Positions 27,563 through 41,153 of a DNA stretch of 64,000 bases are shown here, in pieces. The stretch comes from Dimorphilus gyrociliatus. Its lineage: Eukaryota > Animalia > Annelida. The DNA is taken from contig CAJFCJ010000014.1 in NCBI GenBank assembly GCA_904063045.1, forward strand, positions 124,001-188,000. Reading direction: 5' to 3'. The first letter of the stretch is position 1, and each line of letters begins with the position of its first letter. The notes beneath the pieces were generated by a model. That model saw only the letters and a program-made list of their open reading frames with translations. It was not told where the DNA came from and ran no database searches. The position numbers were made by a program, and so were the translations under genes.

Positions 27563-29162
27563 TTAACCGGGATAGGAGTTTTGCGGCATTCCCTTCGAAC
27601 CGGTATTGGTTATTCTAAACACTGAACCGGCTAACGGCTCTTTTTCCATATCTTTAGCAGTATAATTATGTCTAGCGCACGTAACGTATAATTCTGAATA
27701 GTCTTCGCCACCGAAACAGCACGATGTTATATGTTTAGCGGGAAGTTTTACCGACTGAACTATCTTTGCTATAAATAGAATAAGCGAAAAAAAATTAAAA
27801 ACACGTCAAACAAACGAATAGTAATTATAATCGAACGCTTTTAAAAATACTTTCAATTGACTCTTTCTCCTTCCCACAAGGTCAAATATAAATATATACA
27901 TATGTTAGTATATACTGTATATATATATATATATATATACGATTATAAAATAGGAATAGGAGGATAGAGCAACCGATGTACCATACAAAGAATTACGAAA
28001 AAAACAACTTATTGATACCTTTAATAGGATCAAATTGAATAACTTGGTAAGAACCATAGAAAGCAATCCATAAATATCCATTGCGGTCTATAGTCATACC
28101 ATCCGGACTTCCCATTGCATCATCAAATTTGATAACTGTACGCTGATTGGCTGTTTACGTTCCAAACAGAGCAAACAGAAAAAAAAATGAAAGAAAAGAA
28201 AGATAAATTTTGGAGAAATAAGTAAATTTAGTTATTATTTTTTTTTTTAAAAAAACAGAATTTCTAGATAAATCGTTCAAAATAGAGATTTCTTACATAT
28301 GTTGCCTGATTCTTTATCGTAATCGAAGGCGTATAATTCTTTAGGCGTAGAATCGATATAGAACATTGTCTTTAAATCGATTGTCCAGGCCAGTCCATTA
28401 GAAATTGATATTTTACCAATCTCCTTTCTCAACTTGCATTCTTTATCTAGTCTATATAAAGAGCCAAGGCCAGGTTCTACAGTGGCGGGTCCTGTCTCAA
28501 AACCCATTGTACCTAAACAGCAAAATATAACGTAAATTATAACAACTTTCTTAATTCTTTCTAATATACTGTACATCCAGATATTTACATTATATTCAAA
28601 TAGGCCTATTATACTTAAAGATAATATATTCATGTATATATTTAATATATAACAAACCAGCCCATAAATTGCCCAAAGGATCGCATTTGCCGTCGTTAAA
28701 CCTCGTCGAATATCCATCTTCAACCCGAACAATTTCCTCGCAATTTCCAGTTTGCCAGTCTAATTTTGAAATTGTTTGTCCCAGGCCTAGTAGATATTCG
28801 TCCGTATTTCCTTTCTTCGGTACAATAAAGCCGACAGTTTGTCCTATAGCATTTTATGAACAATTTATATATAGTGTATATATAGAGTATAACAAACTAC
28901 AGTATCTAATCATAGTCTCTATATAGCGTATAAACAAACTAGTAGTAATCAGATCATTGTAATAGAGTTATATAAAAAACAAAGTGCAGCTGTATTTACC
29001 GCAATTTCTCGTTTGAATTTCTCCAGTTTTCGAGTTCCATCTCATGCACGAATTATCGTAGATATCAACGTAGAGGAGAGACTCACTTTTCTCTTCCCAA
29101 TGAGGTCCTTCTCCAATCGATTTAGCCGCATTTGCAATTAAAACTTCCCATTTAGGCTCCAT
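27563..29162 (-). CDS. RGN: Regucalcin / SMP-30 gluconolactonase family protein, 5 exons
   Basis: IGEGPHWEE, RFNDGKCDPLGNLWAGTM, ISNGLAW, FYIDS, PDGMTIDRNGYLWIA, ITSCCFGG...LYVTCAR, AGSVFRIT. In-phase GT-AG introns. Stop TAA 27563-27565. Confidence 0.93.
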
Positions 29163-30676
29163 GACTGTTTGCAGAATACGAAAATACTCTTACATATAGG
29201 ATTAGTGAATATATGTATATGTATACTGTATATTCAGCTATAAAGCTATTTGAGCAACTTGAATAAGTAGATGGTGTTTTTTTTTGCAAACAGCAAACAG
29301 GAAAGAGATATTTAATATTGTTTATGGGAATTGGTAAGGCAGAGGAGAGGAGTCGAACGGGAAGTGGAGGAAGAACAAGAAGAAGAAGAAGAAGAGCCGG
29401 TTTGTCGCCTGGATGAAACTAATAATGAGAAAAAAATATTTACTCCCCCAAAAATACTTAAACAATAATAAAAAATTAAGGTCAAAAGGCCGAAAAACAG
29501 TATTAACAAATCACTTTTATCGCTATTCATCTAACAACATTTTCCTTGTTATATTCAACACTACTTAGTACATATTACATATATAGACGGCGTTACTGAC
29601 GGTTATTGATTTCTATTATAGGCTTGCAATACCAAGAAATTGCCAAAAGGAAAAATAAACTTTAATTTGAATGCGTCTCTCTTTAATAAGGGTAGAAATG
29701 GAGAATGGAAAAATGAGAAAGGAAAATTAGGCCTAGAAATTACTTCTTGGCTCGCCCGAATAGGATGTCTATAGAAGAGATGGAAGGAGGGGGGAGGGAA
29801 GGCATCATTCGACGAGTCAATGAATGAATGAATGAATAAATGAATGAATGAATCGACTGACTAATTGATAAAGATAGAAAAGATGAGCATAACGTTTTCA
29901 AATATAGAATAGTTGTTATGCGAATGTCAAGCAAGTTTGCCTCGAAAAAACAAATGACCGAGAATGTTGATTCGGAAGTGTTTGTTTCAAAAAGTGGGTT
30001 GTACGCAATAGTCTATTCCATGTCCTTCTAACGTCCTCCGAGTTAGAGGTTGAAAGAAGATTACTCTCCTATATTTGGCGTTTTCTCTTTACCAACATTT
30101 AGCATCGGTTCCCTTTTATTAATAACTAGTATTTAAATCTATTTCATTGATATAGCTGTTTGATATATTATATCTTCATAATACAAATATATATGTACAT
30201 ATTGTATATACAAAATAGAAAGAGAGAGAGAGAGAGAGAGAGAGAAGGGAGGGACACAACGTTTTATCTTTAGATGAGTAAACAAGTGAAAAAGTAAAAA
30301 AAAAAGCCTTTTCGTTGGAATTAGGCTATATAGCGAGATGTTTAAATTGGACAGGGAACAATTAAACAAGAGACTACAGTATTGATATATATAAAATATT
30401 CATATTTTTTCACCTGAAACGAGAGGAAACAAACCGTTAAAACGATGAAACAAATAAAAATTAACGGAAATACTCAAACAAGTTGGCTATGAAATAAGAT
30501 TGATTTTCGGCTAGGGTTTCTCCTCAAGCCTTTTATGTGCACTATCTCAGATTCTTCAGTCTTTGTTTGCTTCACTTTGTCCCTTTATAGACTGGGGTAA
30601 ACTTTGACTCTTTTGGGATGTCAATTATTAGTACTAACCGTTAGAATAATTGTAAATTTTCATTTTGAATTTTATC

Positions 30677-30677
30677 G

Positions 30678-30710
<33 letters not shown>

Positions 30711-30745
30711 CTTCTTCTTCTTCTTCTTCTTCTTCTTCTTGTTCT
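30677..30745. repeat. Compound (CT)n(CTT)n microsatellite
   Basis: Direct tandem units. These account for the spurious poly-F/S/R ORFs in the track. Confidence 0.9.
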
Positions 30746-32090
30746 TCCTCTTTCGCCGCTTCTTCGGCTATCCTTTCCTCTTCTTTCTTCTCCTTCTCCT
30801 CTTTCGTAAATCAAGTTACATTTCCATGCAAAACCCCACATAAGACAATAGCCCATGACTATAATTAAGAGGACGGCGACGCATAATTTCTATAGCCGTA
30901 ACCTTACGCGTAGGCATACTCAACCAGATAAAGTGATGGATAGTTGGACAGACGTACTGACTGGAAGACGAGTAAATGGACAGTGAGATAGGCAGAGATA
31001 GAAAAGAGCACAAAATAGATGAAGAAGATATATTGGATAAAGAGGAAAATGACGAAATATTCATGCGTTGGACTTGCGTAGAAGAGAGTGGGAAGGAACA
31101 TTCAAGGCGTGTGAGAAAAAGAAGAAGATCTACAAGAGCACACCCTACTGCTCAAAAGAAAAACCGCAAAATATTCAAGAAATGATGCATAAAGTTGAGT
31201 GATATTTCTCTTCTAAAAATCCACCATCGCTACCCCTGTTCTGCTTGAATGCTCGAATAACGCGCAATTAATTCACCCAGCCAGTCGTTCTACAACTCTG
31301 TTTCTCTATCTTTTCCTTGTTGGTCTCGTTATCTGTCTATCCGAGTTTCATTCCATCTCTTTCTATATTTGTTCTTTTGTCCTCTTCGACAGCGCCCTTA
31401 ATCTTACATAATACGTCTCTTATCCACCATTATTATTATTCGTAATTTGATGAATAAGAAAAGAGAGGATGAAGGTAAAAGAATGAGCCTGACAAAAGTT
31501 GAAGAGAAGAGAAAAGTATCGCTAGAATTAGGAAAAATTAAAGAGTAATGATGAAGAAATGAGAGTGAGAGAATAAGAAAAGGTGATGCTTTTGCAACAA
31601 AATAGTCAATTAAGTTGGCAGTGCATGTTTACATCGGTTAGGTTTTCTTTTTCTTTTCTTCTATTCTTGCCTTCAGGCTGTTCCCGCAAGTTTTCAAAGC
31701 AAAACTTTATGTATATAATACTTATGTACACAATATATGCTGAATACACGTTCTACATTCATTCCTTTAATAATAGCGCTATTCTTTTATTATGATAAAT
31801 TAATTAAAAGGCCCGGCAATGAAAAAAATGGTGAAACCCTAGTTCACTTTAGAAAGCAACATCGTCTCAATTCCCTTAATAACGTTTTCCTTTTTGATCT
31901 TTTAAAATTCAACCAATTAAGGCCTATTTCTGGAAGAAAAACGCAAAATTTTTACTCATTGAAAGATATTGTATAGTGAAATTTTCTCTTTCCTTTTTTC
32001 CCTTTATATTTCTTTTGCGTGAAAAAGAAAATTGACGGCAGGAAAAGAGAAAGAGAAAGTAAAAGAGAGGAGAAAAAGAGTTAGCAAGAC

Positions 32091-32183
32091 TAAGTAAGTA
32101 AAATAAGTAAGTAAGTAAGTAAGTGAGTGAATGAATGAATGAATGAATGAGTAAGTGAGGAAAGAGAGAGAGAGAGAGAGAGA
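32091..32183. repeat. Compound (GTAA)n(GTGA)n(ATGA)n(AG)n microsatellite
   Basis: Direct tandem units. Confidence 0.85.
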
Positions 32184-35100
32184 AGGTTGAGATGGGGCAA
32201 AAAATATGAGTCGGGATTAGGAATAGTTTCTTCTAAAGTCTCTTTGAGGGAAGCCTTAATCGAAAAGGAATAAACGATAAAGAAAATATCATCGAGTCAA
32301 TTAGATAGTGTCATATTTTTTTATTATTCAATTTCTAATCACATCTACTTATAGTACTATAGTAAGGGAAAAAGGAAGGAAATTATGTAAGCTGATTGGC
32401 TGACTGTCAAGAGCTGATTTCATCCACTAAAGATCTTGAGAATAGGTGAATAATGAAGAGTCTACCCAATATAAACCGCGCTCGATTTAACATTTTATGC
32501 CCGAAGAAAAAGAGAAGAGTGGACAATCGGAGAAGAGATATATTCCATAACTATAATCTGAGAGACGCCACTTAATTAACGATTAAGGAGATTAAAGAAG
32601 ATTATAGTTGAAACTGCAAAATTGATAATATATATATACTGCATATATCTATATATATACAGTATATATATATAGAGTTGTATAGATAATTATAAATCAA
32701 ATATAGAATAAATAGTGTTTCGTACGTTATCTTTATAACTCTACCGCCGACTCTCCGTCCATATCGCATTGACAAACAACACGCCAAGCTATTTATCACG
32801 AAGAGGATGCAAAATTTGTTTGGCAAACCTACATTTTATAATAAATTAGAATTACTGAGGTTATTACGAATTTAGACGACTATCGAATTATTTCACATCC
32901 ACGAATAATTCCATAGAATTTACTAGTTTTTTCTCTCGATCCCTCTCTCTTCATTTTACTGTGGTCATATACATATTTATAGGCCTTTGGTCGGTTGTAA
33001 AATTTCTATGACTAGTCTCATTCTGTCATATTACTTTGCGTAACATTAGCAAAATTCTTAAATGAATTTTGACGTTTCTCCACTCTCTCTCTCTCTCTCT
33101 CTCTCTTTTAAGCCTCTGCGCTTCGTTCCCTTGCTTATTGTCTTTCCTTTCTATTGCGTGAGGAGTATTCACTTTTCTCTTGTATTGAGTTTATGTAAGA
33201 ATAGTGGTGATCTACTTTGAGAAAAAAAACTAGTAGAATAATTATCGGGCTATTTGATGAAGTCCAATAAAAACCCGGTATTTCTAGTAGGCCATATACT
33301 GTATAGAGTGTATAAGGAATAAATTCTCTCTCTCTCTCTAATCCACTTTAAATGGCTAATAAAATATTTGTAAATATCTTGTATTTACAATAAATAGACG
33401 ATTAATTGTCTAAATTCAATACTTACTCACTCTCATTATTGATTGAGAAATTGAGAAAAAGTAAGAGTCTTTAAAACTGTCCCTCCTACTGTCCTTCACA
33501 AAAATGCAAGGTTAAGGTCAATGGTATAAAAAGCTCAGAGTGGGTAAGGAGAGACACTACTATTATATTATTATTAATACAATCTATTTTTAGCATATTG
33601 AAAAAGACAAAGAGAGGGATAAAGAAAATTGAAGTAAATAGTAAATTTTTGTGGGTAGATGAGATGTTGTTCATTAGCCACTTGCTTCTTTATTTCTATC
33701 TAAACTGTCTCCTTTCAATTCTCACTTTATTTTTATTCCCACTTAGCGTTACTCTTCTTATAAACTTCCGTTTATACTATTGAAGAATTGCGCAAGCTGT
33801 GCCTTTGCATATTTAATCTAATTCTTCCACTTGATTCAAACTGTTGCCTCCGCAGCTTGCATTCACAAATAACTATTTCTTTTCAAATACTTTTTAATAT
33901 CATCTATTCATAAAACAACAAGAAATCCCAATGTATATTTTATTCATTTTTTATTTATTCTTTTCTTCTTCTTTTCTCTTTTTTCCTTTCTTTCCTTTCA
34001 TTTTAATAGGCCAAACTTCCGCTATTTAATCAATAATTAAACGATGAGCCAGCTTTGTCAGACTAGATGTAAAAGTATAATATAATCGTTTTAATGGTCT
34101 TGTTAAGGATTTTATCAATGAGCTAATTGAGCATAAAATATCAAAAAGGGATAAGAATACGAAGGGAAACACGACGTAAAAAGGTTCGGAAGAGGAGGAA
34201 ATGAACTAAAATTCAAAACAATGCTAGTGAGGAGAAATAGAAGATGGAGTAGCTGCGACAAGGAGGCAGGGAAAGGAGTTGAGTGGAAACAGTAACGTTT
34301 TAAAGGATAAACTTATATCACTAGATGGCTAGATAGATAGATAGATATAGAGATGGATAGAAAGAAAAGAGAAGAAAGGAAGAAAGAGAGAAAAGAACAA
34401 AGTTGAGCTAACATAGGAGCCTAGGGAGAGAGCAGAGGAAAAATGAATAGTAAGCGAAATAATTTACCTATTACCTTGCGTAAAGCCTCTGATTGGATGA
34501 ACGAATAAATAGGCGTTAGTGTTGTAACAGAGACTTTATTGAATACAAATAAAGAAAACCAGTTGGCGCTTCAGCTCGGCACTTTTAGTTTTTTCTCTGC
34601 CGCCGAACGGCTATCTTTATCTGGAGTGTATATTTCTCGGTCTTTATTTTATTTTAGTTTAATTTTATTTATTAATTATCGTATTCTTCTCCTTCTTCTT
34701 CTTCTACTGCTTCTTCTTCTTCTTCTTCTTCTCGCCATTGTCTTCGTGTAAGCTTATCTTCTAAAACACACGATAAAGTCAAAGCACTTAGTCTATATTC
34801 TTCTGCTTCTCCTTCGTCTTCTTCGTCTCCTCCTCTTCTCTCTTTACACTTCTCCTCAACAACAGCATTCTTGTTCTTTTTGTTCTGCTAGTTCTTCCTC
34901 TACTTCTCTTCCTTCTCCACTTCCTCGTTCTACTCCTCTCTAATCTTGGTTCTGTGAAAAAAACTTTGCTACCTCATTTCGAAGTTGTTTGAAGATATCT
35001 CTATAAAAATTCAACTATAATAATATACAACAAATATTACCATTGCTAATACTGTCAGAAATACTACTACTATTACAACAACAGCAACTACTACTACTAC

Positions 35101-38100
35101 TACTATTACTACTATTATTATTACTATTATTGCTATTTCTGCTACTGCAAAGGCTCTAGTTTCGACTATAAAAGTTGGTCTTTTTCTTAATTTCTCCCGC
35201 AATTCTACGACTAAAGGCACAAATTAAGAAAAGGTGGAAGAGAACTATACATATATAAACTCTCACTTCATCTGTACATTTGTTAAATTCTTCTGATTAT
35301 CTTCTCCTATTGTTTTTCTGTACCATCATCACCTTTATTTTCTTTCTTCCTTCTCCTCAAATCATCTTTTCCTGCAGCTCACTTCCTCGGATTCACCTCT
35401 CAGAGGAAAAATTTGTTTCAATTCTCCTGAATTAGATGATTTGGCAATTGACAATTGAAAGTTGAAAACGAAAAATAGTAGTTTCATCTCTATCAATCTC
35501 ATTCTTCTCTCACCGCTATTTGCCATACCTTTTTTCCTGAAGGTGAGTTGATATATATCTTAGAAACTATTACCTAGTTAAGTGTTTGAATGAGTTGGAG
35601 AGAAAGAGAGGGAGGGCGGAGGGAGAGGAAAAGAAAGAAAAGGAATAGAGAAGAGCGCAAACCTAAGACGAAACGGAGAACAAGCCAAGGTTTTTCAAAC
35701 AGTGAAAAAGAAAATGAAGAAAGTAGGTAAAGAAATAAATAGAAAGACGAATGAATATAAAAGATGGATAGACGGATAGATAGATAGATAGGTAGATATA
35801 TATGTAGATAGATAGAGTGATGGAAGAAAAGAGTAAAAAACGACAAGTAGAATGTAGCATGTTCTCTCTTCTAGGAAAAGAAGAGTCTATTTCTGGTAAA
35901 TCTCTAAGATGCATAGGGAAAATAGTATAAATTAGCTGAAATTGATAAGAAGTACACAAGTGCCGTACGTAATACGTTTTTCGCCCAGAGTACGAAAAAA
36001 ATTCCCTCACGATATTTCGTCATTAAATCTGACGCTTATCGATTTTTATGGACATATTGAATAAAGCTATAAAGTAATTTTTATATTTATCTATTTGGGA
36101 TGGCCTTCTGTCAACCAAAGTAACGCCGCTGGTAATTGTCACATAATATTTACCCTTCTAAAGGGAAGAGGAGATAGAGAAACGAAGAGGGTAAAAAGAG
36201 GAGATGAGACGAGGGGAGGGGAGGGCGGGCAATGAAGGTGAATGAATGGATAGATAATTTATTGAGGAGAGGGTGACAACCGTCAGGTAGACAACTGTTT
36301 GAAATATTAAGATCAAAACAACCGCCGCCTATTTTAACAGGCTTAATAAAGAACTTTGTTGGACATAAGAGAGAAAAAGAAAGAAAAAGTGGGGAGGGGG
36401 TGTAAGGTATGTGGGTGAATGACTGAATGAGTGAGTGAGTGGTGTGAATTTAGTATCTGACGATCCCCGGCCTCTCTTTGTATACTGTATATTTATGTAT
36501 AAATAGTGAAAACAGTATATGTCAGATATATAAGTTGCTTTCTCTTTGACATTTGACAAGGAAATCATGATGAAAACTAGAATATAAAACTTGATCGAAT
36601 GCTGTCCATTATCAGTCAGAACATTTTTACCATTTAATAACAAGAGGCCCAAAGGCATCGTCAATTTTAATCAAGGCAATTTTACCTCAAATCCTAAGAT
36701 TATCACACTTATATTCCTAGTATCATTCATTGTCTTCTTATCCTCCTTCTCCGCCTCCTCCTCCTCCCCCTCTTATCTACTCTCTTTAACGATATCTAAC
36801 GTTAAATTAGCGTTTAATAGACAACGAATAGACTGAAATTAATGCAAATAAGGGGAATAAAAAGAGATTTTTTTTTATATCAACCTAATCCGAAGTCAAA
36901 GCAATTGTATGTAATAATCCGATTGATAGGCCTAGACAGTCTTTATTCTCATTTACATAGTAGTTATAAAAAAATAGGAAGGAGTATATTCAAGAATTTT
37001 TTTGTTCTATATTTAGACTAAGTCTCTCAAATATTTGATAAAATCAACTAGAAAAATATACAAATAGACAAATATTGCCCTATGTTTTTAAAATGAATGG
37101 CTTCTTTTTCTTTTTTGTTCGAAACTAAAGACAGAGAGAGAGAGAGAAAGATGATAGTATATTATCGATCTTTATATCGAACATATTCCCTATTTCCAGT
37201 CATTTATTCACTCTTTCACTCATACTTATTCTTTTATTTACAACTTTTAATTCTCTTCCATTGTGACTGTCAATCTATCTTTCTTCTCCTTTTTGTCAGG
37301 GTTTCGTACTTGAACGGTTTGCGTTTGTAGCCGCTGTTTATATAATACTTTTATACTGTGTGTAAATAAGTTGAAAATTTCCCCTTCAACTATCTTATAG
37401 GCTTCCTATTATGATTATTTATAGCAATAATAATAATATGCAATTTTTTACTTAGGCCTAACGAAAGAAAGTGAAAGAATTAAGCATTAAACACTGAGTA
37501 ACAAGTCCCTCTTCTTAATAAATAAAAGTCAGGATCTCGTTTTATTCTAATAACGTGCCATTTAAAATTAAATTAAAGCAATCGGGCCTACTATCTGTTC
37601 AATATGAATTATAAGGGTAATAATAACGGTGATAATTGAAGATAAACAACGAGGGTATGTTAAAAACTTATTCGAATGAAATGAATGAGAGAGAAGGATA
37701 GAAAGAGAGGGAGAAAGAAAAAAATTTATTGAGAAAAGGTAAATGGTGTTTTCCTTTTAGATTATTTGAAACTGTTCAATAGATTATTTTTATTGAATAA
37801 TTAAGAAAGAACGATCGATAAGAGTCAAAAGGCAACGGGTCGAGGAAATCAATATCACTAAGAATTATGATGCATATGTGATGTTTTGCTATTTGATTTA
37901 AAAGACGTCTACTAAAACTACCTATAAAGTTTACATGCAGTATATACACTTGGTTTGCATATTCGTTTAATTTATCTGTTAAAAAGTGCATTAACTTGAT
38001 GAAGAGAGAGAGAGAGAGAGAGGCAGAGACAGAGAGTTAACGCGTATAAATTTGTTAATTAACTATTCATATTAAGTTGAATGTTCCGTACCAGTTATTT

Positions 38101-39333
38101 CTCAACATCTTTAATCCTTAAATTACTTTATTAAGGTAGAAAGGAGTTTAAAACGAGAGTTGAGGATATTTTTGTTTTATAGATTAATTCATCTTTTAAG
38201 GGGAACAAAGTCAAGTTATATTAAATTTAGTTAGTCTCTCTCTCTCTCTCTGTCTCGATTTATAAAATGATATAAAGAACTAATTAATTAATTAAATGTT
38301 AAAGGTTAAATCTTTGGGAGAAAAAGACTAATCATTTTAATAATGTTTTTATTCATTCAATTAAATAGAATCGTATTACCTTCCTTTATATACAATCACT
38401 AAACTGGTCAATTTGCATAGTCAACAAGAAAAAGTCACATTGTTAGACTTTTTTCTGTTTACCAAACCTGCCTATCAAAGCTTTGCCAAAGAAAAGTAAT
38501 TCGAGAAAGACTTTTCCTCTGTCAGATAGGATAGTCTACCGCCCCACCTCTCTCTCTCTCGTCCTTTCCTTCTTGTCGATCTCTCATTACCTGTTCTTAT
38601 TCCTATCCCATCACCACTTCTATACGGCGCTGCATTTGCTAGAATTTTTTACTTTTATTCGACTAGTTCTACGCTTTTCTCTTCTTCTGCTTCTTCTTGT
38701 ATCAACTCATCTACTTTTTTTATTAGCCGGTAATCGTTTAATCATTAATTATTAGTACTAGTATTTACAGCTAATTAGGATTATCCTGCACAAAGAAAAC
38801 ATAAAGAAGCCCTTTTCAATGACATTTCGGTTTATAACCATCCGTTTTAGAGTATATTTAGATAAAAGGGGAGCACAGGATTACAACATACATAGATACA
38901 ATGTGTATATACAGTATATATATTATACAGGCTTCATAACAAAAACAAAACTATCCAACCTATTCCCTCAATGAATGAATTAGTTGAATAAGATTGAATG
39001 GATGAATGAGTTTATTGTTTTTTAAGAAAAGAAAAAGCTTTGAAACAATTCTTTTTTCAGGAATGAAAAATTGATTATATCCCAAGGAAAGAGAAGAAGA
39101 AATAAAGAGGTTCTTTCCTTTACTTACAAAATATAGAGGAAATTTGGAGAAGAGACAGGAAGGATACAAGAAAAAGAGAGAGAAATACAGAAAAAGGATA
39201 AATAGATAGACAGAGACATAAAAAGAGAGAGAGAGAGAGAGGGAGAGAGATAGAGGGTTATTGGAAAGAAAAGGTAATACAAATATTAAGGGAAAAAGTA
39301 GAAATACATTGAAAAGCAAAAAGAGCAAAAATA

Positions 39334-40083
39334 ATGACAACAGTAGCATCAAATACAACTTCGTATCTAGAAACCTTCTCCTCTTTTGATAGTTTCTTAG
39401 CTCATCAGCGACCAATAGTTCCGTTAGTTCAAAAATTCGGTACCCCAATATGGTATATAATCGGATTTGTTGGTAATACTTTAGCCTTTCGGCTGTGGAT
39501 TAAGAGAAACATGAGAAATTCGTCGGGCTTCTATTTAGCCGCTTTAGCTATGTCAGATCTCATATTTTTACTTATGAATTTGCTGTTTGAACTTCAAAAT
39601 ACGTGGCAAGTAAACGTGCTGTATCAACCTGGAATTTGTCAATCTTTTCCGGTAATATATATGGCTATACAGTACCTTTGCCCTCTATTGGTCTTGGCTT
39701 TTACAGTTGAAAGATACATTTCAATTTGCCATCCCTTTAAAAGTGAGGTATTTTGTACAATGAGCAGAGCTGTTAAAGTGACGATTGGCCTGTCTCTTTT
39801 AACTCTGGCCCTTCATGCTGTTCAAGGCGAGTACTTGTAGAGTCTGATTGAACATTTCTCATGAAATATATAGCACATGAGTAGAGCAATAGAGATAAAG
39901 AGATGCTTATATATTTTAGTCTATTACCAATAGGTGACGCTACCAAAGAGAAATCGTCATTATTAGTTTTATATATATATATATATATATAATTAATTAA
40001 AAAAGGAAAAAGCTTAGCTAAGGGATTTTTCCTGTATGTTTTCGTTTAAAATAGAAATGCTTTAAGATTGAATGGCTAAGGTA

Positions 40084-40135
<52 letters not shown>

Positions 40136-40830
40136 AAGAGATTGAATGAGAGCAAGAACCTATTTTAATAATCTATTTTTGGATTCGAAATATAGGTTAT
40201 TTTTGGACGTTTGACGCAAAAAACAGGGAATGTACTCTGAGGAGAAGTGCTATTGCTGGGGATCCTTCATTATGGTCGGTTTATACTTGGTGTACGGAAT
40301 TGATTGTTTTTGCCCTAGTTCCCGTAGTTATACTCGTACTAAATGTATTGGTTATTAGGGAAGTTAGGAAAATATCAAAGTCAGAGGAAAAACGCCTATT
40401 TAAACATACGACAAAATCCAAAGGAGGAAGTAAAACATCTGCTACAACCGTCACTTTATTAGCCGTCTCTTTCTATCTAATTGTAACCACACTTCCAGTG
40501 ACGATATTCTATTCGATGGGACATTCGTTCGAAAAGGGCGATCTGAGTCTATCGGAAGAAGAGATAGAAGAAGACAAAACCTGGCAGAGATACTTAACAT
40601 TTTGGACAATTAGGATATTCGTTCAGCAATGGGGAATGTCTCATTACGCTTGTAATTTTTTCATTTATCTTCTAACTGGTAAAAAATTTAGAGATGAACT
40701 AAAGAAACTTCTGTGTAAGAGGATGCCGTGGAAAAATGACGATTATAATAGAAGCGTCATGTTTAGTGCCCTACCCCAAACAGAACTTAAAAACGGTACG
40801 TCAGGTCAAGGTCTGACTAGTTCTGTATGA
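39334..40830 (+). CDS. Class A (rhodopsin-like) peptide-type GPCR, FMRFamide/sex-peptide-receptor-like group, 2 exons (39334-39826, 40196-40830), 375 aa
   Basis: TM1 GFVGNTLA, TM2 YLAALAMSDL, TM3 FTVERYISICHP, TM5 LVPVVILVLN, TM7 NFFIYLLTGKKFR. The exons join in frame only through a GC donor at 39827 and the AG at 40194-40195. Confidence 0.9.
40084..40140. repeat. Compound (GT)n(GA)n microsatellite in the GPCR intron
   Basis: Direct tandem units. Confidence 0.85.
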
Positions 40831-41153
40831 TGAAATTATTATTTATGATTACATATTATACATATATGCATTTGCAGTATAAACCAAAGTGTAGGCTGGC
40901 AAACAAACAAACAAACAAAGTAACTGATATACAGTATATTTGTAGACATTATATGCGTATTCTTAAGAACATTTATCAGTGTGTACGATAAAAACAACAT
41001 GCATACTTTTCGCATATACAGTCTTTGCAGTATATGTTCCAGCTTTTATTCTTTCTTCTTATTTGCTCTCTCTTCTCTCTCTCTCTCTCCCTATAACCTA
41101 CTATTAATAAAGACACAAATTATTCCAATTTCTCTTCCTCCTCCCTTCTATTC

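Noticed and set aside
30604-31185. Cluster of ORFs including a charged 69-aa ORF at 30976-31185
   Set aside because: Most derive from (CT)n/(CTT)n repeats. The non-repetitive part has stops in all frames and no consistent splice path.
34539-35220. Poly-L and poly-V/I ORFs
   Set aside because: Translation artefacts of (CTT)n and (ACT/ATT)n trinucleotide repeats.
37815-37890. Peptide RVKRQRVEEINITKNYDAYVMFCY resembling a TIR box-1 start
   Set aside because: It is bounded by stops and no downstream TIR motifs (LC.H.RDF, SRK, S.WC) follow, so it is probably chance.
38960-39448. 162-aa hydrophobic minus-strand ORF
   Set aside because: Antisense to the GPCR start and AG-rich upstream DNA; low-complexity F/L/S composition.
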